From: Mobula hypostoma
Taxonomy: Eukaryota
Reading direction: 5' to 3'
Assembly: GCF_963921235.1 (NCBI RefSeq)
Contig: NC_086108.1
Span: 50,904,001-50,968,000 of the forward strand
Length of the DNA: 64,000 nucleotides
Both the position numbers and the translations under genes were made by a program. Position 1 is the first letter of the stretch. Every line of letters starts with the position of its first letter. The notes beneath the pieces are model-generated. The model searched no databases. It was not told the DNA's origin and saw only the letters and a program-made list of their open reading frames with translations. Shown here piece after piece: positions 26,770 to 38,622 of this stretch.

Positions 26770-27475
26770 CTCCTGGTCCCTTGGGAATCGTACTGCAGTA
26801 ATCTCTTAAGGTTAACTTTCAGGTTGAGTTGGTAGTAAGGAAAGCAATGCAATGTTAGCATTCATTTTGATAGGATTAGAATATAAAAGCAAGAATATAA
26901 AGCCACAGCTTTATAAGGCATTGGTCAGACTGCATTTGAAGTAGTGTGAGCAGTTTTGGTCCTTTATATAAAAAAAGGGTGTGCTGGTATTGGAGAGCAT
27001 CCAGGAGAAGGTTCAAAAGACTTATTCTGGGAATAATGGGTTATCAAATGATGGCTCTGGGCCTGTACTCGCTAGAATTTAGAAGAATGATGGTGATCTC
27101 ATTGAAACCTATTGAATTCTGGAATGCCTAAAAGTGGATGTGAAGGTGTTTCCAATAGAGGGCGAGTCTAGTACCAGAGGGTACAGCCTCAGAATACAAA
27201 GATGTCCTCTTAAGAACAGGGATGAGGAGGAACTTCTTTAGCCAGAGGGTGGTGAATCTATGGAATTCATTGCCACAGAGGGCAGTAAAGGCCAAGTCGT
27301 TGGGTATAATTAAAGCAGAGGTTGATAGGCTCTTGATTAGTAATGCCATCAAAAGTTATGGAAAAAGGCAGGAAAAATGGATTAAAAGGGATAATAAATT
27401 AGCCATCATGGTATAGAGGAGCAGTCTTGATGATGGCCTGAATGGCCTAATTTTGGTCCTACATCTATCGTTTTA
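26770..27475 (+). mobile_element. CR1 3' fragment
   Basis: RRNFFSQRVVNLWNSLP motif and CR1 3' UTR. Confidence 0.85.
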
Positions 27476-27854
27476 TTTTCCTTTGGTCTAAATCTAGTGA
27501 ATGCCACTAGTGGAAGATAATTTACTCTACCAAGTTATTGAGTAAATGAAAATCTTTAGAAGCAACTCACTGCCTGTTAGCAGAACCACAGTCAATTTGA
27601 ATTTTGTAACCCTATTCTAACCTGTGAAAGCAGCAAATGAGACGACTATTATATCGATAATGAACAATCCTTGCCTAATTAACACATTTCTGTCACAAAT
27701 TTAACACCTGCACACACAAAGAAAATACCCAGAACCTACAAGACTCAGCACTAGAGGCACATTTGTATCTAGGAAGCTTTGGACATATTCCCTTCGTGTG
27801 GTGCACAAAAAAAAGGACGACAGAAAGGAACTTTGAAGCTAAAGAATTAACAAA

Positions 27855-28900
27855 CAGGTGAGGGTTGTCAAAGTATACAGCAGGATACAGATCAATTGGA
27901 GAGATGAGCGGAAAAATGTAGATTTGAGTTTAATCCGAACAAGCGTGAGAAGGTACACTTTCGAAGGTTAAGTTTAAGGGGACAATAAGCAGTAAATGGT
28001 AGGATTCTTAGAAGCACTTAAAGGAGATATTGGAATGCAAGTCCATAACTTCTTGGAAGTGGGTACACATATATATAGGGTGGTAAAGGCATAGTCGTCA
28101 GTCGGTGTGATGAATATAAAAGTCATGAGGTCATGTTGCAGCTGTATAAAACTGGCCCAGCCACATTTGGAATCTTGTGTGTGGTTCTGGACATCATATT
28201 AAGGGAAGGATATGGAGGCTTCGGAGAGGGTTCAGAATAGGTTTGCTAGAACGTTGCCTGATCTAGAGAGCATTAGCTATAAGGAGAGTTTGGATAAACT
28301 TAATTATTCTCACTGGAGTACTGAAAGCTAGGTGAAACCTGACAGAAGCACAGAAAATTATGAGAAACATAGATTGGGTAGATAGTCAAGAGTCTTACTC
28401 CCAGATTGGAAATATCAATTAATGAAGAGCAAAGATTTAAGGTGAAGGGGAAGGAGATATGTGGTATGTAGTGGAAATATCCCAGGAGCCCACCACTTTC
28501 GGTGAAATTATGAACTTGTCCAGTACACTTCCTTTGATATTACCCTGTCTCACTTTAAATATATGCCCTCTAGACATTTCAGCCCTGGAAAATGGAAGTT
28601 GGATGTGTATCTATGCCTCTCATAATCTTATAAACCTCCACCAGGTCTCCCCTCAGCCTCTGCCATTCCACAGAAAGCAGCCCAAGTTTGTCCCATCTCT
28701 CTTTATAGTACCTGCCTTCTAATCTAGAAAGTATCTTGGTAAACTTCCTCTGTAACCCCCTTCATTGCCTCCACATCCTTATAATGGGGCAATCAGAAAT
28801 GAAAGCATCCTTTAGATGCATGTTTAATAATTTAATAGTTTTATAAAGCTGCAGATTAACTTCCTGACTCTTGAACTCGGTGCCTTTACTAATAAAGTTA
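27855..28900. mobile_element. Old CR1 remnants (plus about 27855-28460; minus about 28520-28900, continuing at about 31595-32058)
   Basis: Decayed RT C-terminal text. The minus copy is split by the young CR1 at about 28901-31594. Confidence 0.6.
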
Positions 28901-31594
28901 AAATTCCAGGGTTCCGATGTGATAGAGGCAGAGGAATGAAAGGTGGAGGGGTAGCATTGCTTGTCAGGGAAAATGTTACAGCAGTGCTCAGGCAGGACAG
29001 ATTAGAGGGCTTGTCTACTGAGTCCTTATGGGTGGAGCTGAGAAACAGGGAAGGTATGGCCACATTAGTGGGATCATATTATAGACCACCCAATAGTCAG
29101 CGAGAATCTGCAGAGAAACTGCAGGAAACATAAAGTTGTGGTGGTAGGGGATTTTAATTTTCCACATATTGATTGGGACTCCCATACTGTTAGGGGTCTA
29201 GATGGGTTAGAGTTTGTAAAATGTGTTCAGGAGAGTTTTCTAAATCAATATATAGAGGTACCAACTAGAGGGGATGCAGTATTAGATCTCTTATTAGGAA
29301 ACGAGTTAGGACAAGTGACGGAAGTGTGTGTAGGGGAGCACTTTGGTTCCAGTGATCATAACACCATTAGTTTCAACTTGATCATGGATAAAGACAGATC
29401 TGGTCCTAGGGTTGAGGTTCTAAACTGGAAGAAGGCCAAATTTGAAGAAATGAGAAAGGATCTAAAAAGTGTGCATTGGGATAGGTTGTTCTCTGGCAAG
29501 GATGTGATCGGTAAGTGGGAAGCCTTCAAAGGAGAAATTTTGAGAGTGCAGAGCTTGTATGTTCCTGTCAGGATTAAAGGCAAAGTGAATAGGAATAAGG
29601 AACCTTGGATCTCAAGGGATATTGCAACACTGATAAAGAAAAGAGAGTTGTATGACATGTATAGGAAACAGGGAGTAAATAAGGTGCTTGAGGAGTATAA
29701 GAAGTGCAAGAAAATACTTAAGAAGGAAATCAGGAGGGCTAAAAGAAGACGTGAGGTTGCCTTGGCAGTCAAAGTGAAGGATAATCCAAAAAGCTTTTAC
29801 AGGTATATTAAAAGGATTGTAAGGGATAAAATTGGTCCTCTTGAAGATCAGAGTGGTCAGCTATGTGTGGAACCAAAAGAAATGGGGGAGATCTTAAATG
29901 GGTTTTTTTGTGTCTGTATTTACTAAGGAAACTGGCATGAAATCTATGGAATTAAGGGAAACAAGTAGTGAGATCATGGAAACTGTACAGATTGAAGAGG
30001 AGGTGGTGCTTACTATCTTGAGGCAAATTAAAGCGGATAAATCCCCAGGACCTGACAGGGTATTCCCTCGGACCTTGAAGGAGACTAATGTTGAAATTGC
30101 AGGGGTTCTGGCAGATATATTTAAAATGTCGGTGTCTACGGGTGAGGTGCCGGAGGATTGGAGAATGGTTCATGTTGTTCCGTTGTTTAAAAAAGGATCG
30201 AAAAATAATCCGGAAAATTACAGGCCAGTAAGTTTGATGTCGGTAGTGGGTAAGTTATTGGAGGGAGTACTAAGAGAATCTACAAGCATTTGGATAGACA
30301 GGGACTTATTAGGGAGAGTCAACATGGCTTTGTGTGTGGTAGGTCATGTTTGACCAATCTATTGGAGTTTATCGAGGAGGTTACCAGAAAAGTGGATGAA
30401 GGGAAGGCAGTGGATGTTGTCTACATGGACTTCAGTAAGGCCTTTGACAAGGTCCCGCATGGGAGGTTAGTCAGGAAAATTCAGTTGCTAGGTATACATG
30501 GAAAGGTAGTAAATTGGATTAGACATTGGCTCAATGGAAGAAGCCAAAGAGTAGAGAACTGCTTCTCAGAGTGGAGGCCTGTGACTAGTGGTGTGCCACA
30601 GGGATCAGTGCTGGGTCCATTGTTATTTGTCATCTATATCAATGATCTGGATGATAATGTGGTAAATTGGATCAGCAAATTTGCTGATGGTACAAAGATT
30701 GGAGGTGTAGTGGACAGTGAGGAAGGATTTCAAAGCTTGCAGAGGGATTTGGACCAGCTGGAAAAATGGGCTGAAAAATGGCAGATGGAGTTTAATACAG
30801 ACAAGTGTGAGGTATTGCACTTTGGAAGGACAAACCAAGGTAGAACATACAGGGTAAATGGTAAGGCACTGAGGAGTGCAGTAGAACAGAGGGATCTGGG
30901 AATACAGATACAAAATTCCCTAAAAGTCGCATCACAGGTAGATAGGATCGTAGAGAGCTTTTGGTACATTGGCCTTTATTAATCAGAGTATTAAGAGCTG
31001 GAATGTTATGATGAGGTTGTATAAGGCATTGGTGAGGCCAAATCTGGAGTATTGTGTTCAGTTTTGGTCACCAAATTACAGGAAGAATACAAATAAGGTT
31101 GAAAGAGTGCAGAGAAGGTTTACAAGGATGTTGCCGGGACTTGAGAAACTCAGTTACAGAGAAAGGTTGAATAGGTTAGGACTTTATTCCCTGAAGCGTA
31201 GAAGAATGAGGGGAGATTTGATAGAGGTATATGAAATTATGATGGGTATAGATAGAGTGAATGCAAGCAGGCTTTTTCCACTGAGGCAAGGGGAGATAAA
31301 AACTAGAGGACATGGGTTAAGGGTGAAGGGGGAAAAGTTTAAAGGGAACATTAGGGGGGGCTTCTTCACACAGAGAGTGGTGGGAGTGTGGAATGAGCTG
31401 CCAAATGAGGTGGTAAATGCGAGTTCTTTTTTAATATTTAAGAATAAATTGGACAGATACATGGATGGGAGGTGTATGGAGGGATATGGTCCGTGTGCAG
31501 GTCAGTGGGACTGGGCAGAAAATGATTCGGCACAGCCAAGAAGCGCCAAAAGGCCTGTTTCTGTGCTGTAGTTTTTCTATGGTTCTATTTCTAT
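28901..31594 (+). mobile_element. Young 5'-truncated CR1 LINE, ORF2 (APE endonuclease C-part + RT) broken by frameshifts
   Basis: Overlapping ORFs with [42 protein letters not shown] and KFADGTK; ttctat-repeat tail. Confidence 0.95.
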
Positions 31595-32400
31595 GCTGTC
31601 TGCCTACTTTACCATTCTACCAACCTGTGCAGTCACTTTCAGAGAGCTGTAAACTAGGACCCCAACATTCTTCTGTACCTCAACACTCTTAAGGGTCTTG
31701 CCATTAATTGTTTACTGTCTCTTTACATCTGCTCTCTCGAAATACAACACCTTATACTGGCTGGATTAAACTCCATCAGCAATTCACCACCCATATCTGC
31801 AACTATATTCTATTTCCTAAACTATCCATATTGCCATGATCTTAGTACCATCTGCAAACCTACCAACTCACCCATCCACATTTTCTTCCAAGTCACTATT
31901 ATATAACATTACTACGAACAACAGAGGTCCTAGTACAGATCCCTGCAGACATGACGAGACACAGACCTCTAGTCAAAATAAGTTCCACTGCCACCACCCT
32001 CTGATTTTTATGGACATGCCAATTTTGAATTCAAACAGCCAAGTCACCATGGATCCCTTACTTGTTAAAAACAGTCTAGAATCTTGCAACCTCAAAAAGA
32101 TGTAAGATTATGATCAGAAAGAGTTAGAAGCAAATGATTTGTTTACACTGAAATTAAAATTTTCCAATTTTAGCAGCTCCAGGAACAATATAAAGTTGGT
32201 TACACTTTTTTAATAAATACAAGTTATCAAGTATTGCAGTCCATACTGATCAATAAAAAAGTGATACTACCAGACTACAAATGGCAACAAAATCTTGCTG
32301 TTAAGTGTTTATTCAAATGGAGCTGAGGATACAGTTTCAGACAAAAAAAGTTCGGGAACTGGATCTTATAAGTTCCTTGAAAATGGAGATCAATCATAGC

Positions 32401-32412
32401 TCAAGTTGATTC
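32401..32412 (-). CDS. ODR4: ODR4 candidate terminal exon coding part (EST*), followed by 3' UTR
   Basis: Strong acceptor ctctttttattttcttacag| then GAA TCA ACT TGA. Phase 0 matches the 37227 donor. Minus-strand AATAAA near 32310 and ATTAAA near 32210. Confidence 0.6.
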   Translation of the reverse strand, partial: EST

Positions 32413-32972
32413 CTGTAAGAAAATAAAAAGAGGTGAGTTCCAAATTCTCTACATGTTCAACAAATTTTTGTAAAACTTCCATAAATGTTAATGCTTTTAA
32501 TAAATGCATATTACTTTGCCAATGCTGCATGGCCAGTTTAGGACTACTGGTTCTCAATCCCAACCACACAAACAGAAGTCAAACTTTCATATTTCAGTTA
32601 ACTTTCTGCAGAGGAATCTGTTAACTTTTATGGTAAAAAATACCAGATGGTGCAGTGATAATTTTAAATGCAGAATTACTGAAATGTTAGTCCAATCTTT
32701 CGTTTATGACCTTCCACTTCTTTCAGGTACCTGTATAAACAGTAGTTCAGGTGTTTGTGAATGCCATGACAGAACACAGGACAAACACTATAAATCATGT
32801 CAAAGAATGCATTTGGATATTTAATAGACTGTTCTTGTGGGCACTCTGCCCAAAGGCACCAACCACCAAAACACTGTACCAAAATGATTAACCAAAAAAA
32901 TATGAAATAACAAGCAATATAACAAACAATGCTTAACCAATAAATTAATATGAAAATTATGAACTCAGATTG

Positions 32973-32984
32973 GTGCGCGCGCGC

Positions 32985-33028
<44 letters not shown>
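32973..33028. repeat. (GC)n/(GT)n microsatellite
   Basis: gtgcgcgcgcgcgtgcgtgtgtgt... directly visible. Confidence 0.97.
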
Positions 33029-33030
<2 letters not shown>

Positions 33031-33290
33031 GTAAATCAAGAGTTTGCTTATCTGTGATGAGTTTAAGATTCAGAGGTGGAAAATGCATGCAATATTTATT
33101 TTGCTGGCGTGAAATTCTGCAATCTAGTTTTTACAAACAGAAATTTTCAAAGTGTTATTCCAAATCACATCATCTTTTGAAACTGGCATGCATTTATGCT
33201 GTATCTCATTGATACAAGTACATGATATGGCTAAATCAAACTACAAGTTAGGAACTGGAAACTGTGCAAAACCAGTTTGATGGTCAATTA

Positions 33291-36177
33291 ACACACATCA
33301 AAGTTGCTGGTGAACACAGCAGGCCAGGCAGCATCTCTAGGAAGAGGTGCAGTCGACGTTTTGGGCCGAGACCCTTCGGCAGGACTAACTGAAAGAAGAG
33401 CTAGTAAGAGATTTGAAAGTGGGAGGGGGAGGGGGAGAACCAAAACGATAGGAGAAGACAGGAGGGAGAGGGATGGAGCCAAGAGATGGACAGGTGATTG
33501 GCAAAAGGGATATGAGAGGATCAAGGGACAGGAGGCCTAGGGAGAAAGAAAAGGGGGAGGGGGGGAAAACCCAGAGGATGGGCAAGGGGTATAGTGAGAG
33601 GGACAGAGGGAGAAAAAGGAGAGAGAGAAAAAGAATGTGTGTATATAAATAAGTAACAGATGGGATAGGAGGGGCATTAGCGAAAGTTTGAGAAGTCAAT
33701 GTTCATGCCATCAGGTTGGAGGCTACCCAGACGGAATATAAGGTGTTGTTCCTCCAACCTGAGTGTGGCTTCATCTTTACAGTAGAGGAGGCCGTGGATA
33801 GTCATAGTCATACTTTATTGATCCCGGGGGAAATTGGTTTTCGTTACAGTTGCACCATAAATAATAAATAGTAATAAAACCATAAATAGTTAAATAGTAA
33901 TATGTAAATTATAGCAGGAAATAAGTCCAGGACCAGCCTATTGGCTCAGGGTGTCTGAGCCTCCAAGGGAGGAGTTGTAAAGTTTGATGGCCACAGGCAG
34001 GAATGACTTCCTATGACGCTCTGGTGTTGCATCTCGGTGGAATGAGTCTCTGGCTGAATGTACTCCTGTGCCCAACCAGTCCATTATGTAGTGGATGGGA
34101 GACATTGTCCAAGATGGCATGCAACTTCGACAGCATCCTCTTTTCAGACACCACCGTCAGAGAGTCCAGTTCCATCCCCTCAACACCACTGGCCTTACGA
34201 ATGAGTTTGTTGATTCTGTTGGTGTCTGCTACCCTCAGCCTGCTGCCCCAGCACACAACAGCAAACATGATAGCACTGGCCACCACAGACTCGTAGAACA
34301 TCCTCAGCATTGTCCAGTAGATGTTAAAGGACCTCAGTCTCCTCAGGAAATAGAGACAGCTCTGACCCTTCTTGTAGACAGCCTCAGTGTTCTTTGACCA
34401 GTCCAGTTTATTGTCAATTCGTATCCCCAGGTATTTGTAATCCTCCACCATGTCCACCCTGAGCCCCTGGATGGAAACAGGGGTCACCGGTACCTTAGCT
34501 CTCCTCAGGTCTACCACCAGCTCCTTAGTCTTTTTCACATTAAGCTGCAGATAATTCTGCTCACACCATGTGACAAAGTTTCCTATCGTAGTCCTGTACT
34601 CAGCCTCATCTCCCTTGCTGATGCATCCAACTATGGCAGAGTCATCAGAAAACTTCTGAAGATGACAAGACTCTGTGCAGTAGTTGAAGTCCGAGGTGTA
34701 AATGGTGAAAAGAAAGGGAGACAACACAGTCCCCTGTGGAGCCCCAGTGCTGCTGATCACTCTGTCGGACACACAGTGTTGCAAGCACAAGTACTGTGGT
34801 CTGCCAGTCAGGTAATCAATAATCCATGACACCAGGAAAGCATCCACCTGCATCGCTGTCAGCTTCTCTCCCAGCACAGCAGGGCGGATGGTGTTGAACG
34901 CACTGGAGAAGTCAAAAAACATGACCCTCACAGTGTTCGCTGGCTTGTCCAGGTGGGCGTAGACACGGTTCAGCAGGTAGACGATGGCATCCTCAACTCC
35001 TAGTCGGGGCTGGTAAGCGAACTGGAGAGGATCTAAGTGCAGCCTGACCATAGGCCGGAGCAGCTCCAGAACAAGTCTCTCCAGGGTCTTCATGATGTGG
35101 GAGGTCAATGCCACCGGTCTGTAGTCATTGAGGCCGCTGGGGCGCGGCGTCTTCGGCACAGGGACAAGGCAGGACATATCAGAATGGGAATGGGACGTGC
35201 AATTAAAATGTGTGGCCACTGGGAGATCCTGCTTTCTCTGGTGGACAGAGCGTAGGCGTTCAGCGAAACGATCTCCCAGTCTGCGTCGGGTCTCGCCAAT
35301 ATATAGAAGGCCACATCGGGAGCACTGGACGCAGTATATCACCCCAGCTGACTCACAGGTGAAGTGTCGCCTCACCTGGAAGGACTGTCTGGGGCCCTGA
35401 ATGGTGGTAAGGGAGGAAGTGTAAGGGCATGTGTAGCACTTGTTCCGCTTACAAGGGAAAGTGCCAGGAGGGAGATGGGTGGGGAGGGATGGGGATGGGG
35501 GCGAATGGACAAGGGAGTTGCGTAGGGAGCGATCCCTGCGGAAAGCGGGGGGGGGGGAGGGAAAGATGTGCTTAGTGGTGGGATCCTGTTGGAGGTAGCA
35601 GAAGTTACGGAGAATAATATGTTGGACCCGGAGGCTGGCCTCCTCTACTGTAAAGATGAAGCCACACTCAGGTTGGAGGAACAACACCTTATATTCCGTC
35701 TGGGTAGCCTCCAACCTGATGGCATGAACATTGACTTCTCAAACTTCCGCTAATGCCCCAACTCCCCATCGTATCCCATCCGTTATTTATATATACACAC
35801 ATTCTTTTTCTCTCTCTCCTTTTTCTCCCTCTGTCCCTCTCATTATACCCCTTGCCCATCCTCTGGGTTTCCCCCCCTCCCCCTTTTCTTTCTCCCTAGG
35901 CCTCCTGTCCCATGATCCTCTCATATCCCCTTTGCCAATCAACTGTCCAGCTCTTGGCTCCATCCCTCCCCCTCCTGTCTTCTCCTATCATTTTGGATCT
36001 CCCCCTCCTCCTCCCACTTTCTTACTAGCTCTTCTTTCAGTTAGCCCTGACGAAGGGTCTCGGCCCAAAACATCGACTGTACCTCTTCCTAGAGATGCTG
36101 CCTGGCCTGCTGCGTTCACCAGCAACTTTGATGTTTGTTGCTTGAATTTCCAGCATCTGCAGATTTCCTCGTATTTG
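33291..36177 (-). mobile_element. 5'-truncated Penelope-like element (GIY-YIG endonuclease region) with ~500-bp inverted terminal repeats
   Basis: 13-bp TSD TGATGGTCAATTA (33278-33290, 36178-36190). Arms 33291-33793 and about 35637-36140 are inverted copies. CKRNKCYTC and VIYCVQCSRCGLLYIGET..R motifs; C-terminus IHGLLYCKDEATLRLEEQHLIFRLGSLQPDGMNIDFSNFR*. Confidence 0.92.
33798..35173 (-). mobile_element. Young 5'-truncated Rex1/Babar LINE (RT domain) nested in the PLE endonuclease
   Basis: LVPVPK..LNDYRPVALTS, QFAYQP, FFDFSSAFNTI, GAPQGTVLSP and KFSDD motifs. 3' end aataaagtat(gactat)2. One frameshift near 34025. Confidence 0.92.
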
Positions 36178-37211
36178 TGATGGTCAATTATATGCCCAGG
36201 ACAAAGATAATCTACAGGTAATTTTCAAAGGTTATTTGAAAAATAAAGACAGAATATTAAGTATCCAGGTTTCCTGACATTTCAGAGTCGAGTGTTAAAG
36301 TATGCTTTAAGGACACAAGAGTCTGCAGAAAAACCTCACTTAGAGGCAAACTGGAAAAATATGCTGTGAATTTTGCATGGAATATTAGATACCCAGAATA
36401 GTTTTTCAATAATAAGCACCAAATAACTGTATGCAAATAGATCTGAGTCCAATGCTTTAGAAGATGAAAATAAAAACAGAACAATTAGGAATGCAAGTGG
36501 GTTAGAGTACAACAGTAAGAAAAGCTTAATGAAATTCCACAGGGCTTTATTAGGACTATTCCTAGAATACTCTGTGCAATTTTGGTCTCCATATCTGGAA
36601 AAACACTTGGTATGTAGTTACAAAAGCAAAGATCTAAAGATTTGATTCCTGGGACGAGGAAGATGCTTCATCAAGAAAAATTAAGGAAGCCTGGCCTATC
36701 ATGCATGACATCTCAATGCAGTGGAATGAAATGTGAAACACAAACTTTTGAGGTGAGCTGACAGATTATGGGGGCATAATCTAAGGCTAGGATGTTGGAA
36801 AAGGAATATCTGTTTACACCTTGTGCTACAGATTACTGGAATTTTCCGCTTCAGAGAGTTGTGGAGATTGTCATTATAGTGATCAGACAGTAAAATGGAC
36901 TTGGGGCACAGGATCACTCATGATCTTATACATGGTACATAGCAGACTTAGTGCTTATGAATTACTGCTGTGTCAATTTCTTACACACTGACATTTATAA
37001 AGAAACACTTGGTAAAACCATATGGAAAGCAAAGAAATACTGAAGATGATAGAAATCTAAAATGAAATGGATAATGTTGGAAATACTCAACAAGTCAGGC
37101 AGAAACTTTCCACAAATGTTGCCAGGCCTCTAGCACTTTGTTGTAGTTTTGATAAAATAAATAATCTATACAGACCAGCAATTTTAAAATATAGCTTAAC
37201 TTATAATATCC

Positions 37212-37294
37212 TTAAATGAGACTTACAGCAATGAAGTAATACAAAACAGAGACTGCTACTGCGAGGACTCCAACACCTGCTGCTGCTGCGATAC
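37212..37294 (-). CDS. ODR4: ODR4 C-terminal transmembrane exon (GIAAAAGVGVLAVAVSVLYYFIA, reading through to VSLI* or spliced at 37227)
   Basis: Acceptor tttgtgctttgtgtcatag|. Hydrophobic tail-anchor helix resembles the known ODR4 C-terminal TM. Internal GCT|GTAAGT donor at 37227/37226; TAA at 37214-37212. Confidence 0.85.
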
Positions 37295-37839
37295 CTATGA
37301 CACAAAGCACAAATGAAAAATAGGATATGAAAGAGCTGAATCATGATTCTGAATGGCAATTAAAAGGATGAAGGTGGGGGTTGGTGTGTGTGAAGAAATT
37401 AAAATATAGGAATATATATCAAAGTACTGATCCCTTGCAAACTGAATTTAATCTTGAACTGTATTCTCCTTATTAAAAATGCACAAAGGTTGTTCTATTA
37501 AGTATGATATTCCTAAATGGCCACTGCAGCACAAATGGAAGAGCTGCGGCCAGCATGACTTCCCATATACATTTCCAGTATGCCATTTCATGTGATTTGA
37601 ATAATTTATCTTTTATATTAGATCAATACATATAAATTCAATACAGTGAAAAAAAATTGAGGAATACATTCAATTCAAACAATAAATAAGCAATGAGTAC
37701 CAGGAAGAAAAGGTCAAAACTGTTTAGCATTTTTGAAACATTTCAGCAAAAGGAGTATTAAGACTATATTAACATATTTCTATAACCTTATTATCTCTGA
37801 AGGACAGATTTGGTGCAGGCATTAAACACCAGAGAACTA

Positions 37840-38256
37840 CACACTGAGCAGTTTATCAGGTACACTTGTTCATTAATGCAAATCTCTAATCATCCAATCA
37901 TCTGGCAGCAACTCAACGCATAAAAGCAGCAGAAGCTGAGTTGTCGTTCAGTCCGAACATTAGAATGGGGAAGAAATGTGATCCGAGTGACTTCAATCGT
38001 GGAATGATTTTTGATGCCAGAGTGGTTCAATTATCTCAGAATCTGCTGATTGCCTAGGATTTTCACACAGCCATCTTCCAGAGTTTACAAACAATGGTGC
38101 AAAAAGCAAAAAAAAGTGGTGTGCAGAAGAGCATCTCTGAGGGCATAACATATCGAAACTTGAAATGAATGGGCTACAGCAGCAGAAGATCATGAACATA
38201 CACTTAGTGGTGACTTTATTAGGCACAGAAGGTAGCTAATGACATGGCCACCTAGT
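37840..38256 (+). mobile_element. Degenerate Tc1-like MITE
   Basis: Homologous to 49548-50044, with a decayed MGKKCD..DFNRGMI HTH remnant. Confidence 0.7.
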
Positions 38257-38341
38257 ACAGTAATATAAAAAATATAATTATGCTTATAATCTTTCATACC
38301 CTTCAGATTTTAGAATATTTTAACCAAGTTAGGTTAGACCA

Positions 38342-38622
38342 GACTCATAGGACACCACAGCACAAAAATACGCCCTTTGGCCCATCTAGTCTGTGCCAAA
38401 CCATTAATTTACCTAGTCCCCTCCCATCCAGGTACCTATCCAAATTTTTCTTAAATGCTGAAATCAAACCTGCATCCACCATTGCACTCAGAGCTTGTTC
38501 CACACACGCACCACATCCTGAGTGAAGAAGCTTCCCCTCATGCACCCCTCAAACATTTCATCTTTCACTCTTAACCCATGACCTCTAGTTGTGGCCTCAC
38601 CCAACCTCAGAGGAAAAAGCCA
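38342..38622 (-). mobile_element. CR1 3' end fragment
   Basis: AFKKNLDRYLD remnant; homologous to about 46790-47118. Confidence 0.8.
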
